In this document: in pieces, positions 17,810-27,346 of the stretch | Layout of the letters: every line of letters begins with the position of its first letter | Position numbering within the stretch: position 1 is the first letter of the stretch | From: Candidatus Eiseniibacteriota bacterium | Lineage (GTDB): Bacteria; Joyebacterota; Joyebacteria; Joyebacterales; Joyebacteraceae | Reading direction: 5' to 3' | Assembly: GCA_030595835.1 (NCBI GenBank) | Contig: JAUVLG010000004.1 | Span: forward strand, 1-58,124 | DNA: 58,124 nucleotides | The notes under the pieces: model-generated | Told to the model about the DNA's origin: nothing | The model's input: the letters and a program-made list of their open reading frames with translations, nothing else | The model's database searches: none | Program-made: the position numbers and the translations under genes

Positions 17810-20248
17810 ATGTCGAGGACACTCGCGCGAGTCACTGCGTTGTGGGTTGTTGCGTTGCTCGTGCTTCCGATCCCGGCCTTCAGCGTCGACGGCGCGGCCG
17901 AGTCTGCTCTCAAGCGCGTCACGTTCACGTTCACCGCTCACAGGTCTTTCGATCACGTGTTCCTGGCTGGCACCTTCAACGGCTGGAGCACCGATGCGAC
18001 GCCGATGCACCTGGAGGCAGGCCGGTACGAGGTGACCCTTCCTCTGCCCGCGGGCGAGTATCAGTACAAGTTCGTGGCTGACGGCGAGTGGATCACGGAC
18101 GAGAAGGCCAAGCGCTTCCTCCCTGACGGTTTCGGTGGGGAGAACTCTGTGATCGATGTAGGTGCTGAGTTCGATGGGTTAGATCTATCGAGAGGCGACG
18201 GGCGGATGTTCCTGGACGGGCTCGCTCATCGTGAGGATGCCTGGGAGCGTTCGGTCGAGCCCGACGGTACCGTCAGTATTCGCGCTCGCGCGTGGAAGGA
18301 CGACATCGAGGAAGTCCGCCTGCTCTGGAGCGGAAGCCCGGAAGCTGCAGGGACGAACGCCGGGCGCAGCGCAAGTGCGACCGGCGGTGACCTCATGCTT
18401 CTGTTCGACACGGACGGAATGTACGACTACTACAGCTTCGAGCTGAGTTCGCCTCGCTTCGCCTATCACTTCGTCCTCGTTGACGGTGATTCCAGGGCCG
18501 TGCTTGACCGCGCGGGCCCACATCCGGAGCCTCAGGGCGATCCCGCCCCCTTCGAGTTCAGCGCCGCGGAGCAGGCGGTATTCCGGACTCCCGATTGGGT
18601 CAAGGACGGGGTCATCTACCAGATATTCCCGGAGCGTTTCGCCAACGGGAACCCCGACAACGACCCGGATTTCTCCGAGTGGTACTACGAAGGAGTCGCC
18701 GAGCTGCCTCCGTCCGGCAAGACGAACGGGGAGTACTTCCACCTCGTGGATGACTGGTACGACGTTGGCGGGCTTGTTGCCAGCCCCTACAAGACCGACG
18801 GGAAGCCGGACTGGAACTCCTTCTACGGTGGAGACATCGAGGGCGTGCGTGCGAACCTCGACTATCTGCAAGACCTCGGTGTGACGATCATCTACTTCAA
18901 TCCCATCTTCGAATCGAAGAGCAATCACAAGTACGACGCGGTGACCTATCAGGAAATGGATCCCCACCTCGGGACGAACGAGGAGTTTGCAGCGTTTGTT
19001 CAAGCGTGCCATGAGAGAGGCATGCGGGTCGTGATCGACCTCGCCATCAACCACAGCGGGCACACGCACTGGGCGTTTGTCGACGCCAGGGAGAAGGGCG
19101 AGGAGTCGGAGTATTGGGATTGGTACGAGTGGAAGAAGTGGCCGGTGCCGGGCGGCACGGCATCCGCGCCTGCGAACCCGCTCGAGTACTACGACTGCTG
19201 GTGGGGGTTCGGGCAGATGCCGAACTTCAACTTCGATCTCGAGAGGGCGAACCCGGAGGAGCAGTCGATCACCGATATCGCTGAGGCGAACCCGAACTGG
19301 CCGCTCGTAAATCACCTGCTGGACGTGGCGGAGTATTGGATCGCGGACGTCGGCATCGACGGCTACAGGCTCGATGTGGCGGTGGAGGTGCCGTTCTGGT
19401 TCTGGGAGCTCTTCCGCGAGAGGGTCCGGTCCGCTAACCCGGACGCGTACATCGTGGGTGAGTTGTGGGGAGCCTCACCCGAGTGGGTCAACGGCCGCTA
19501 CTTCGACGCGGTCATGAACTACAAGTTCTTCCGGGACCCCGTGCTCGCCTTCATAGCGCGAGGAGACTACGGAGCATCCGAATTCGACCGCGCTCTCGCT
19601 CCGGGCAGGCTCATCTACGCCGATCAGGGCGTCCGTGCCATGATGAATCTCCTCGATAGTCACGACACCGAGCGTTTCCTGACGACCGTCGGGGGAGACG
19701 CGCGGCGCCTCAAGCTGGCAATCCTGTTCGCGATGACGTATGTCGGTGCGCCCACCATCTACTACGGAGATGAGGTCGCGATGACCGGAGCGCACGACCC
19801 GGACTGCCGGCGACCGTTCCTCTGGAACTGGGCTGAGGACAGCGAGCGTGTCGATATGCACGACTACTTCCGGAGGCTGGCCACGCTCCGGACGAGCCGG
19901 CAGTGCTTCACCAGAGGGGACTACCAGACGCTCCATGCCGCGGGCGCGGTCTTCGCCTTCCGCCGCAGCCTCGGTGACGACCACGCAGTGGTCTTGCTGA
20001 ATGCAGGCGCGGAAGAGGCGACCGTCTCGCTGGTCCTGGGTGAGGAGATCCACCGGTATGTCTCCGGTTCCGGCAGTCCCACCGATTTCTCGCACGCAGT
20101 GCTCAGGGACCACATAATGGGGGCATCTGAGAACATTGATACGTCCGGCGGCACTGCGAGCGTCACGGTAACGGTCCCGCCGCTGACGGGGCGCGTATAC
20201 ATCCCGATGGTGCTTGAGGTCATGTCGCACCCGTCGGGCGGCAAGTAA
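17810..20248 (+). CDS. secreted GH13 alpha-glucan hydrolase (neopullulanase/cyclomaltodextrinase-like) with N-terminal CBM48
   Basis: GGAGGA RBS. Signal peptide MSRTLARVTALWVVALLVLPIPAFS. CBM48 motif LAGTFNGW..YQYKFVADGEW. GH13 regions DGVIYQIFPERF, VIDLAINHSG, GIDGYRLDVA, VGELWG, LLDSHDTERF. Confidence 0.85.
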   Translation: MSRTLARVTALWVVALLVLPIPAFSVDGAAESALKRVTFTFTAHRSFDHVFLAGTFNGWSTDATPMHLEAGRYEVTLPLPAGEYQYKFVADGEWITDEKAKRFLPDGFGGENSVIDVGAEFDGLDLSRGDGRMFLDGLAHREDAWERSVEPDGTVSIRARAWKDDIEEVRLLWSGSPEAAGTNAGRSASATGGDLMLLFDTDGMYDYYSFELSSPRFAYHFVLVDGDSRAVLDRAGPHPEPQGDPAPFEFSAAEQAVFRTPDWVKDGVIYQIFPERFANGNPDNDPDFSEWYYEGVAELPPSGKTNGEYFHLVDDWYDVGGLVASPYKTDGKPDWNSFYGGDIEGVRANLDYLQDLGVTIIYFNPIFESKSNHKYDAVTYQEMDPHLGTNEEFAAFVQACHERGMRVVIDLAINHSGHTHWAFVDAREKGEESEYWDWYEWKKWPVPGGTASAPANPLEYYDCWWGFGQMPNFNFDLERANPEEQSITDIAEANPNWPLVNHLLDVAEYWIADVGIDGYRLDVAVEVPFWFWELFRERVRSANPDAYIVGELWGASPEWVNGRYFDAVMNYKFFRDPVLAFIARGDYGASEFDRALAPGRLIYADQGVRAMMNLLDSHDTERFLTTVGGDARRLKLAILFAMTYVGAPTIYYGDEVAMTGAHDPDCRRPFLWNWAEDSERVDMHDYFRRLATLRTSRQCFTRGDYQTLHAAGAVFAFRRSLGDDHAVVLLNAGAEEATVSLVLGEEIHRYVSGSGSPTDFSHAVLRDHIMGASENIDTSGGTASVTVTVPPLTGRVYIPMVLEVMSHPSGGK

Positions 20249-20359
20249 CACAGGCGCGGCGGGCGGAACGCGCGCGGACCCGTCGCCAGAGAGACGGCTT
20301 CACACATCCGTGATGGTCAGTCACGCGAGCGTGCTCGCGTGCGGTGAACAGGAGAGCAC

Positions 20360-21748
20360 ATGAGGGAGATTCTCAAGGCGGCAGTCAGTGACGCACGGAA
20401 CTGGACCGAGCTCAGAGTGCACAACAGGCGGGCGCTCCAGATCGCCGTGCGCAAGGGAGAGGTCGAGAGCGCCGCGTTCAGGAAGAACTACGGAGTGGGC
20501 GTGCGCGTGCTCGCGAACGGGACCTGGGGGTTCTCCAGCACAGATCGGCTCACCAGGGACGGGATCGACGCGGCGATACGGGAGGCGACCCTGTCGGCCG
20601 AGATGTCGTCCGCCGGAAGGCGTGAGAAGATCGAGCGGCTCGCGGACTGCGACCTCGCCGTGGGTGATTTCAAGACCGGAAACGCGGAGGAAGTTGCGAG
20701 CCACTCAACCGAGGAGAAGACCACGCTGGTCGTCGATACGGAGCGCCGCACTCGCGAGTCGTCCTCCAGCATCCGCTCGGCGATGTGCCGGTACAGCGAA
20801 CTCATCGACGAGAAGTGGATAGTGTCGTCCGAGGGCGCCGACGCCCACATCGAGGACACCAAGCTCGAATTCGTCGTCAGCGCCGTGGCAGGGGATGGCG
20901 ACGACATGCAGGTGGGTTTCCAGGGAGTCGGCGTGACCGGCGGGTGGTCCGAGCTCTTCGCCCGGTGGACACCCGAGCGGCTTTCCGAACACGCGGGCAG
21001 AGTTGCGGTCGATCTCCTGTCGGCGCCCTACGCGCCGGGCGGTTCCGCAACCGTTGTTCTCAATCCGGAACTCGTGGGACTCCTTGCACACGAGGCGATC
21101 GGGCACACCGTCGAGGCCGACTTCGTGCTGTCGGGCTCCGCCGCGGCCGACAGGATGGGCCAGAAGGTCGCCAGTGAACTCGTTACTCTCGTGGACAGCG
21201 GCCCGGCCCTGGTCGGGGAGAAGTCCGCAGGGGGCGTCGTGCTCGTGGACGACGAGGGGGTGCCTGCCGGACGCACCGTTGTGATAGAGAACGGTGTCCT
21301 CAAGTCGTACCTGCACGACCGCGAGACGGCCGCGAGATTCGGCGTCGCGCCGACCGGAAACGCCAGGGCCTGGCAGTACGATGACGAGCCGCTCATAAGG
21401 ATGAGGAACACGTACATCGAACCCGGGGAGTCTTCGTACGATGAACTTATCGCGAGCATAGATGACGGGTTCCTGCTGCGCGGGGCCGGAAGCGGGCAGG
21501 CGGACGCGAACGCCGAGTTCATGTTCGGGGTGCAGGAGGCCTACGAGATCAAGAACGGCAAGGTGGGACGGCTTCTCAGGGGAGCGACCATATCGGGCGA
21601 CGCCTTCGAGGTTCTCAAGAGCGTCGACATGCTCAGCTCAGACTTCGAGTGGGCGATAGGTAACGGTTACTGCGGCAAGGGGCAGGCTGCCAAGGTCGAC
21701 GGCGGCGGGCCGTACGTCAGGTGCAGACTCCTTGTGGGAGGACGATAG
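20360..21748 (+). CDS. tldD: TldD metalloprotease
   Basis: HEAIGHTVEADF (HExxxH), GNARA..EPLIRMRNTYIEPG, and a C-terminal GYCGKGQ motif. Confidence 0.85.
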   Translation: MREILKAAVSDARNWTELRVHNRRALQIAVRKGEVESAAFRKNYGVGVRVLANGTWGFSSTDRLTRDGIDAAIREATLSAEMSSAGRREKIERLADCDLAVGDFKTGNAEEVASHSTEEKTTLVVDTERRTRESSSSIRSAMCRYSELIDEKWIVSSEGADAHIEDTKLEFVVSAVAGDGDDMQVGFQGVGVTGGWSELFARWTPERLSEHAGRVAVDLLSAPYAPGGSATVVLNPELVGLLAHEAIGHTVEADFVLSGSAAADRMGQKVASELVTLVDSGPALVGEKSAGGVVLVDDEGVPAGRTVVIENGVLKSYLHDRETAARFGVAPTGNARAWQYDDEPLIRMRNTYIEPGESSYDELIASIDDGFLLRGAGSGQADANAEFMFGVQEAYEIKNGKVGRLLRGATISGDAFEVLKSVDMLSSDFEWAIGNGYCGKGQAAKVDGGGPYVRCRLLVGGR

Positions 21749-21767
21749 AGGGAAAGGCATACAATCG

Positions 21768-23105
21768 ATGGAGAACCTGCTGACACTGTGTGACCGCGTG
21801 GTCGAGGCCGCGCTCAAGGCCGGCGCCGACGAGGCGGAGGCGATGTCCGTCCGCGTCAGAGACGCGAACGTCGAGCTCGCAAAGAACGACCTCCAGATAG
21901 CGAGAAGCATGAGCGGCAATGGGTTGGGGCTCAGGATTTTCAAGGGGGGAAGCCTGGGGTTCTCGTACGTCAACAGCTTCGACGACGACAGTATTGCGGA
22001 GTCCGTCGAGCGGGCCGTGGGGATAGCCGCCGGGGTGCCCAGCGACGAGAACAACGTGCTGCCGGACCCCACGCCCATCAGGCCTCTCGAGGGAATTCTC
22101 GATGATGCGGCGGACGAATTCAGCGTCGAAACAGCGGTGGAGCGCGCGCTCGCGATGCTTCGCACTGCCAGGGATTTCGACCCTAGGGTGGCTGTCGACT
22201 CCGGTGAGCTTGCCGGTCACTGTGGCGAGAAGGCCATCTCCACGTCTCGGGGTGTGCGTGCGTCGGAGCGAAGCAGTCTCTACTACTGCTACATCTTTGG
22301 GATGGCCAAGGAGGGCGAAGCTGTTTCATCCTTCGACTTCCAGTTCGACGGCGCCCGCGTGGCGTCCGCGATCGACCCCGAGGCGGTGGCGCGCAAGTTC
22401 GCGGAGAACGTCATCGGCTCGCTCGGCGCCGTGAAGGGTGAGAGCTTCAGGGGCCCGGTAATCCTGGCGCCCAAGGCAGCGGCGGAGATACTGGTAGACC
22501 CGATCACCTCGTCCGTGATGGCTTCCTCCGTGCAGCGCGAGACCAGCAGGTTCTGTGGGAAGCTCGGACTGGAGGTCGCTTCGCCCCTTCTGAGCGTCAC
22601 CGACGATTCCACACTCAAGGACGGAGCCGCGACGAGCGCGTTCGACCGGGAGGGACTCACGCCTGAGGTGCTTCCGCTCATCGAAAAGGGCGTGCTGCGG
22701 AACTTCCTCTACGACGCCTACACCGCACGCAAGGAAGGCAGACGCAGCAACGGTCATGCGGGAGGCGGAGCGTCCGCCGTCCCGCTCGTCTCGACCACCA
22801 ACGTCGTTGTGGCGCCCGGGGAGACATCACTCGCCGACATGATCGCGGGGATCGACAAGGGCGTGCTGGCGACGCGGTTCTCCGGGAACGCGGACCCGGT
22901 GAGCGGGGACTTCTCCGGCTCCGTCAAGGGCGGCAGGATGATTCGGGGCGGGAAGCTGGCAGAGCCTCTCTGCGGGACGATGATCGCGGGCAACACGTTT
23001 GAGCTGCTCACTGGTATCACCGCCGTCTCCAGTGAGTACGAACGCATGTTTGGCAGCATCGTCCCCTACATCGCTCTCGAGCAGATTGCGGTCACCGGTG
23101 GGTAG
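21768..23105 (+). CDS. pmbA: PmbA/TldE partner of TldD
   Basis: TldD/PmbA-family length and C-terminal pattern (GNADPVSGDFSGSVKGG..I.GG) without HExxxH. Lies immediately downstream of tldD. Confidence 0.8.
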   Translation: MENLLTLCDRVVEAALKAGADEAEAMSVRVRDANVELAKNDLQIARSMSGNGLGLRIFKGGSLGFSYVNSFDDDSIAESVERAVGIAAGVPSDENNVLPDPTPIRPLEGILDDAADEFSVETAVERALAMLRTARDFDPRVAVDSGELAGHCGEKAISTSRGVRASERSSLYYCYIFGMAKEGEAVSSFDFQFDGARVASAIDPEAVARKFAENVIGSLGAVKGESFRGPVILAPKAAAEILVDPITSSVMASSVQRETSRFCGKLGLEVASPLLSVTDDSTLKDGAATSAFDREGLTPEVLPLIEKGVLRNFLYDAYTARKEGRRSNGHAGGGASAVPLVSTTNVVVAPGETSLADMIAGIDKGVLATRFSGNADPVSGDFSGSVKGGRMIRGGKLAEPLCGTMIAGNTFELLTGITAVSSEYERMFGSIVPYIALEQIAVTGG

Positions 23106-23147
23106 TGGAGGGCCGGCAGCTCGACTGAGCGTTATCCGCTCTGGGGA

Positions 23148-23177
23148 TTGACAGCGTCGGTACCTCAGGGATAGAGT
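23148..23177 (+). promoter_or_regulatory. sigma70-type promoter candidate
   Basis: TTGACA-N18-TAGAGT. It overlaps the track's GTG at 23176 and therefore favours the ATG at 23227. Confidence 0.5.
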
Positions 23178-23226
23178 GGAAGTGCAATCCTTTCTGAGCG
23201 GGTCACTCGGATGTCTTGGGGGGCTC

Positions 23227-24306
23227 ATGTCTGCAATACGTGTGGTTCGAACTCTGGCACTTGTGACCGGACTCGCACTTGTTCTATTGCTGTACTCGTG
23301 CACGTTCATGTCGGACCTCTCAGGTTCGCTCGTCGGCAAGGTGATGGTCGCCGGATCGTCAACGCCCGTCGACGGGGTCCTGGTCGAGTGCGAGGGTGTC
23401 TTCGACGTCTCTGCAGCGGATGGTGCCTACAGTCTGGAAGGCATTCCTCCTGGTGAGCGCGTTGTCCTCGCATCCGCGGCGGATTACGACGACTACTCGG
23501 CGGTCGTGCGCATTGAGGAAACGACCGTGTACGACGTCTACATGACCGCATATGTTGGACCGGCCCGCCTGTTTGGCTACGTGAGGCACGTGGCGCTCGA
23601 CGTCCCGGTCGAAGGCGCGAACGTCCAGATAGGGATCATGAATGTCGTGACCGACGCGCTCGGCTACTACGAGTACCCGAACCTCCAGCAGACCTCGTAC
23701 GACATGACGGTCACGAAGGACGGATACAGGCAGTTCTCGCAGAGCGTGCATCCGACATCGGAGAACTTCCAGTTCGACGTGAACGTGAAGAAGCTGGCAA
23801 CGGCGACACTGTGGCCGAACGCCGATGCTTCGGTCTACGAAAGCTCTCCCGACGACAACACCGGGAATACCACCAGACTCGATCTCTTCGACAACGGGTT
23901 TATTCGCGAGCGGTTCTACATCCGCTTCTCGCTCGACGGCATCGAGGAGACGGCCGAGCCCAGCTCTGCGCTACTGCGGCTCTACCACACGGAGGAGGAA
24001 GGCGAGGAGGCGTCGAGGACGCTGCTCGTCGGGCGCGTGCTTCACTCCTGGTCGGAGAGCAGCGTCACGTGGAACAACGGCCCACAGACGACGGGCGAGT
24101 CGAGCGTGCAGGGCGAGTATGATCTGCGCTGGTACGAAGCTGAGGTGGGATCTTACTTCTCCGACTGGCTCACTCACGGCGAGGCGAATCGGGGTCTCCT
24201 TGTGGACACTCCGGAGCAGCATCAGGCCGGGCGGTTCATCTTCGCCTCGAAGGAGTATTGGGAAGAGGACAAGTGGCCCCACGTGGTTCTTCACTACGCG
24301 TGGTAG
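23227..24306 (+). CDS. lipoprotein with two CarboxypepD_reg-like domains and a DNRLRE-type domain
   Basis: Lipobox LLLYS/C. Two G.V..A....PV.G..V repeats. C-terminal WPNADASVYESSPDDNTGNTTRLDL..ERFYIRFSL..ALLRLY..WSESSVTWNNGP matches the DNRLRE-domain pattern. Confidence 0.6.
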   Translation: MSAIRVVRTLALVTGLALVLLLYSCTFMSDLSGSLVGKVMVAGSSTPVDGVLVECEGVFDVSAADGAYSLEGIPPGERVVLASAADYDDYSAVVRIEETTVYDVYMTAYVGPARLFGYVRHVALDVPVEGANVQIGIMNVVTDALGYYEYPNLQQTSYDMTVTKDGYRQFSQSVHPTSENFQFDVNVKKLATATLWPNADASVYESSPDDNTGNTTRLDLFDNGFIRERFYIRFSLDGIEETAEPSSALLRLYHTEEEGEEASRTLLVGRVLHSWSESSVTWNNGPQTTGESSVQGEYDLRWYEAEVGSYFSDWLTHGEANRGLLVDTPEQHQAGRFIFASKEYWEEDKWPHVVLHYAW

Positions 24307-24320
24307 CCCCGGTCTAACTG

Positions 24321-25097
24321 CTACCTGAACAGATGCTTCATTCGTCCCCAGGACATCTCGTTCTGGAGGCCCGTACCTTCATCGGCAAGGCAGTAGGCGA
24401 GGTCTGCCGCGATTCCCGTCACTGTTGACAGCGGCGTCCATCGCGGTGCGCCGTGCGTTGCGTCGTCCCAGTAGAGTTCCCCGCACCCGTGCAGATCGTC
24501 CGGCTGGGTCAGCGTCAACCCCGCGTAGGGTTGCAGCGGCCAGTCCGTGACGACGTAGGCCCCAAGCGACATACCGGCGGTTATCGTGACCGGGTCCGGG
24601 AGAGCGGCCGTGGCGCCGTAGACGATCTTCATCGGTGGGTTCATGTGTACGAGGTCAGTAGCGAGTCCGCTCCATGCGAAGCTGCAGACGACCGCGGCCT
24701 CGAGAGGGGGCGGGCACTCCCCGTCGTAGAAGCTGATTACCAGACCCGCGGGCTCGACCCACTCGTCGGATCCCCACTCAGTGACGTATAGCGTCACCTC
24801 ACCTATGGTTCGTCCTGTCAGCGAATCCGGTAGGTCGTCGGCGACCTCCGACGCGAAGGCCGTGGAGGCGTTCACCGCATAGTCGAATGAAGGGGTCTGG
24901 ACGTAGAAGGCGCCGCGTGGGGAGCGAGCCGGCGGGTGAGTGCGCGTGGTGGCCGGCGTCTGCGCGTCAAGCGATGTTCCTGCGGCGGGCGCAGTGACGG
25001 CCGTTGGCAGGGCAGGTGGTGTTCCGCCTCCGGGGGCGGGAAGAGACACCACCGTCGCGGAAGCCAGAAGAATCGCAATGACGGGTAACGCTCTCAT
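24321..25097 (-). CDS. secreted protein of unknown function with WGxIK-type tail
   Basis: Signal peptide MRALPVIAILLASATVVS followed by a Pro/Thr-rich linker. Ends LQNEMSWGRMKHLFR*. Starts 24 nt after the nuclease gene. Confidence 0.65.
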   Translation of the reverse strand: MRALPVIAILLASATVVSLPAPGGGTPPALPTAVTAPAAGTSLDAQTPATTRTHPPARSPRGAFYVQTPSFDYAVNASTAFASEVADDLPDSLTGRTIGEVTLYVTEWGSDEWVEPAGLVISFYDGECPPPLEAAVVCSFAWSGLATDLVHMNPPMKIVYGATAALPDPVTITAGMSLGAYVVTDWPLQPYAGLTLTQPDDLHGCGELYWDDATHGAPRWTPLSTVTGIAADLAYCLADEGTGLQNEMSWGRMKHLFR

Positions 25098-25121
25098 CTG
25101 TCTGTCATCCAGTGGGGCCTG

Positions 25122-27095
25122 CTAGCGTAGCAGCACCAGTTTCCGGATATCGGCGTCGTCACCGCAGCTCGCCCGGTTCAGATAGACGCCGGATGCGCAC
25201 GGCCTGCCATGGTCGTCCCTTCCGTCCCACGTCACACGATGCGTCCCCGCGGGGAGTTCATCAGCAACAAGGGTTCGGATGAGTCGTCCCGTTACATCGT
25301 ACACCTGCACGAGCGCTCGTCCGCCGTGTGGCATCCTCAGGACCAGCACCGCTTCATCGCGGAACGGATTGGCGGACCCGAAGGCGAGCGCGAAGTTCCT
25401 CACTTCGTTCTCCGGCACCGACGAGCCGCTCCCCACGAACGCACTCAAATTGACCACGAGGCTGTCGAGGTTGGCCCAGCCATGGACGGTTGTGTCGTCT
25501 CTCGTTTGCAGCGTCAGGACGGCCGAGTAGAGGTTGTCCTGCGTGGCGCCCACATCGTCGAACTCCAGCGTGAACATGGCGGGGCCGGCCCCCACGCTCT
25601 GCGGAATGGCTCCCCCTGTGAGGCTGAAACGGCTCTCACCACCCGCGATCTCCGCCGAGTGGACGTCTAGGAGCGCCTCTAGTCCCGAGTAGTCGAGATT
25701 GAACACGCTGAGGTCCAGCGGCAGGAATTCACCCTCGCCGTGAGTGCCGAAATCGAGGGTCCCGGTGAAGAGAATCCCGGTGTCGCTGAGAGACGGGGCG
25801 GCGTGATCCAGGGTGGTGCCCGACAGTGCCACGCTCCACGACGGGTGATCGACGTCGTCCGATGACACCACGAGTGCGCCTGCGCTTGCGCCCGGGACGC
25901 CCGTGTTCATCGATACGTCGTGGTTGGCGGCGACGCCTGCCTCGAGCTGATACGGGCCGCTCGCCGCGGCGAATCCACTGGGAGCAGCGAGCGAGTAGTC
26001 GAGTTCGTCCGCGGGTGACACGGCGATGTTGTCCACTGTGAGCGGAAGCACGACATACGTCCCCGTGATGGCCTCCCCGAAGTCCAATGCCAGCGGCGCG
26101 TCGATACGGGCGGGCACCTGGAAGTCCGCGTAGACAGGCAGGTGGTCAGCGGCCTCGTGAAGGGCGTTCGCGATCGTTGCTCCGACCGCGTAGTTGGTTC
26201 CGCTGTTGATGGCGGTGTTGAAGTGATAGCCGTCGTTCCCGTAGGAGATGTAGCTGCCGCCGATGTAGTCCAGTCCCTCTCCGTCATGGAGGGCGTAGGA
26301 GGTCAGGATCTGGTCGAACCTGTCGTCCATGCCGCCCGTCGCCCCGCCGCCGAACGCCGTCGTCCGCGGCGACTGAGTGTGAATCCAGGCAAAGCCGGCG
26401 TTGTCGTGCCAGGTGCCCGGTGCGTCGAGCGGGTCCCTCACGCGTCCGTTGTTGTTCGTTTCACTGCCGACGAGCTTCTGGTACGCGCTCTCGCTGCTGG
26501 CTCTGATGTTCAGGTCTCCAGCGACCATGAAGTACTCATCGGCGGGGAAACCGTTCATGTGGTTTCTGAGTATGGTTGCCTCGGCGAGTCGCTTCGTCTT
26601 GTCCGTGGTCGTGGAGCCGGCCTTGAGATGTTGCGAGTAGACCCTGAACTCGGCGCCGCTCGAGGCGTAGCCCACGGGTCTCACGGTGTACTCGGAGATG
26701 TTGCGCAGCGCAGTCGGTATCTCCTGAGATGAGACGAAGTCGATCGTCGACACGCGGTAGAAGAGCGCGTTGTCGGTGTCCGGCCCATTGACAAAAGGCG
26801 CCGCGGCGTACTCGCCGGTGGCGCCGTAGTTGAGCACGTTGTTCAGGAACTGGTTGACGCCCGTGCTGCTGAGCATTTCCTGGACCACGAGGACGTCGGC
26901 ATCCAGCTCTTCGACGACGATGCGGAAGTCGTCCTCGCGTGCCCCGCCGGTGGTTCCTGGGAAGTTGAGTATGTTGTACGTTACGACCCTGACGGCGGCT
27001 GCCGGCTGGGGGGTGAGCATCATCAGCGCCACGCCCAAAGCTACGAGCGCAACGGTACGATCCGGAACACGCCTGGTTCTGCGGGGTCTCTGCAT
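25122..27095 (-). CDS. secreted endonuclease/exonuclease/phosphatase (EEP) family protein with FlgD-like / T9SS-type C-terminal domain
   Basis: Signal peptide ..VALGVALMMLTPQPAAA. EEP motifs VVTYNILNF, VLVVQEM, GDLNI, DDRFDQILTS, ADHLPVYADF. The last ~80 aa (NPFRDEAVLVLRMP..VQVYDVTGRLIRTL..GTHRVTWDGRDDHGRPCASGVY) form a FlgD Ig-like fold. Confidence 0.8.
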   Translation of the reverse strand: MQRPRRTRRVPDRTVALVALGVALMMLTPQPAAAVRVVTYNILNFPGTTGGAREDDFRIVVEELDADVLVVQEMLSSTGVNQFLNNVLNYGATGEYAAAPFVNGPDTDNALFYRVSTIDFVSSQEIPTALRNISEYTVRPVGYASSGAEFRVYSQHLKAGSTTTDKTKRLAEATILRNHMNGFPADEYFMVAGDLNIRASSESAYQKLVGSETNNNGRVRDPLDAPGTWHDNAGFAWIHTQSPRTTAFGGGATGGMDDRFDQILTSYALHDGEGLDYIGGSYISYGNDGYHFNTAINSGTNYAVGATIANALHEAADHLPVYADFQVPARIDAPLALDFGEAITGTYVVLPLTVDNIAVSPADELDYSLAAPSGFAAASGPYQLEAGVAANHDVSMNTGVPGASAGALVVSSDDVDHPSWSVALSGTTLDHAAPSLSDTGILFTGTLDFGTHGEGEFLPLDLSVFNLDYSGLEALLDVHSAEIAGGESRFSLTGGAIPQSVGAGPAMFTLEFDDVGATQDNLYSAVLTLQTRDDTTVHGWANLDSLVVNLSAFVGSGSSVPENEVRNFALAFGSANPFRDEAVLVLRMPHGGRALVQVYDVTGRLIRTLVADELPAGTHRVTWDGRDDHGRPCASGVYLNRASCGDDADIRKLVLLR

Positions 27096-27183
27096 AGGGG
27101 AATCCTCACGAGCCACCGGCAGCTACGCCACTGCCGGATCGAATCCGCGTTTCGTCCGTTTGGGAACTTCCACCGTAACTGAA

Positions 27184-27212
27184 AGTATATCACAGAAACA
27201 GAACTGTGTCAA
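27184..27212 (-). promoter_or_regulatory. sigma70-type promoter for the nuclease operon
   Basis: The minus strand reads caTTGACA-N17-TATACT with a TGa extension, in an AT-rich patch about 80 nt upstream of the ATG at 27095. Confidence 0.55.
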
Positions 27213-27246
27213 TGATAGGTGAGTAGTCGCTCAGGAATTCGTGGAG

Positions 27247-27287
27247 CAACCCAACAAGTCCGGCAGGCTACCGGACTTGTTGGGTTG
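27247..27287 (-). terminator. 17-bp perfect hairpin closing the kinase operon
   Basis: CAACCCAACAAGTCCGG-CAGGCTA-CCGGACTTGTTGGGTTG, 60 nt after the stop at 27347. No U-tract. Confidence 0.55.
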
Positions 27288-27346
27288 TTCGGAGTGGCGG
27301 GCAACGGGCGGGATGTGTCGGGCAGATTCGTCGTCCGCGGGGCGCG

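Noticed and set aside
20360-23105. tldD/pmbA together with the Cys-rich small proteins as a RiPP/microcin maturation locus
   Set aside because: The Cys-rich proteins are ~150 aa, Sec-exported and 13 kb away. No cyclodehydratase or precursor-like short ORF is adjacent to tldD/pmbA.
23176-23226. Track start codons 23176 (GTG) and 17753 (GTG) for the DNRLRE lipoprotein and the GH13
   Set aside because: 23176 lies inside the predicted -10 hexamer. In both genes a downstream ATG (23227, 17810) follows a good RBS or begins a proper signal peptide or lipobox.
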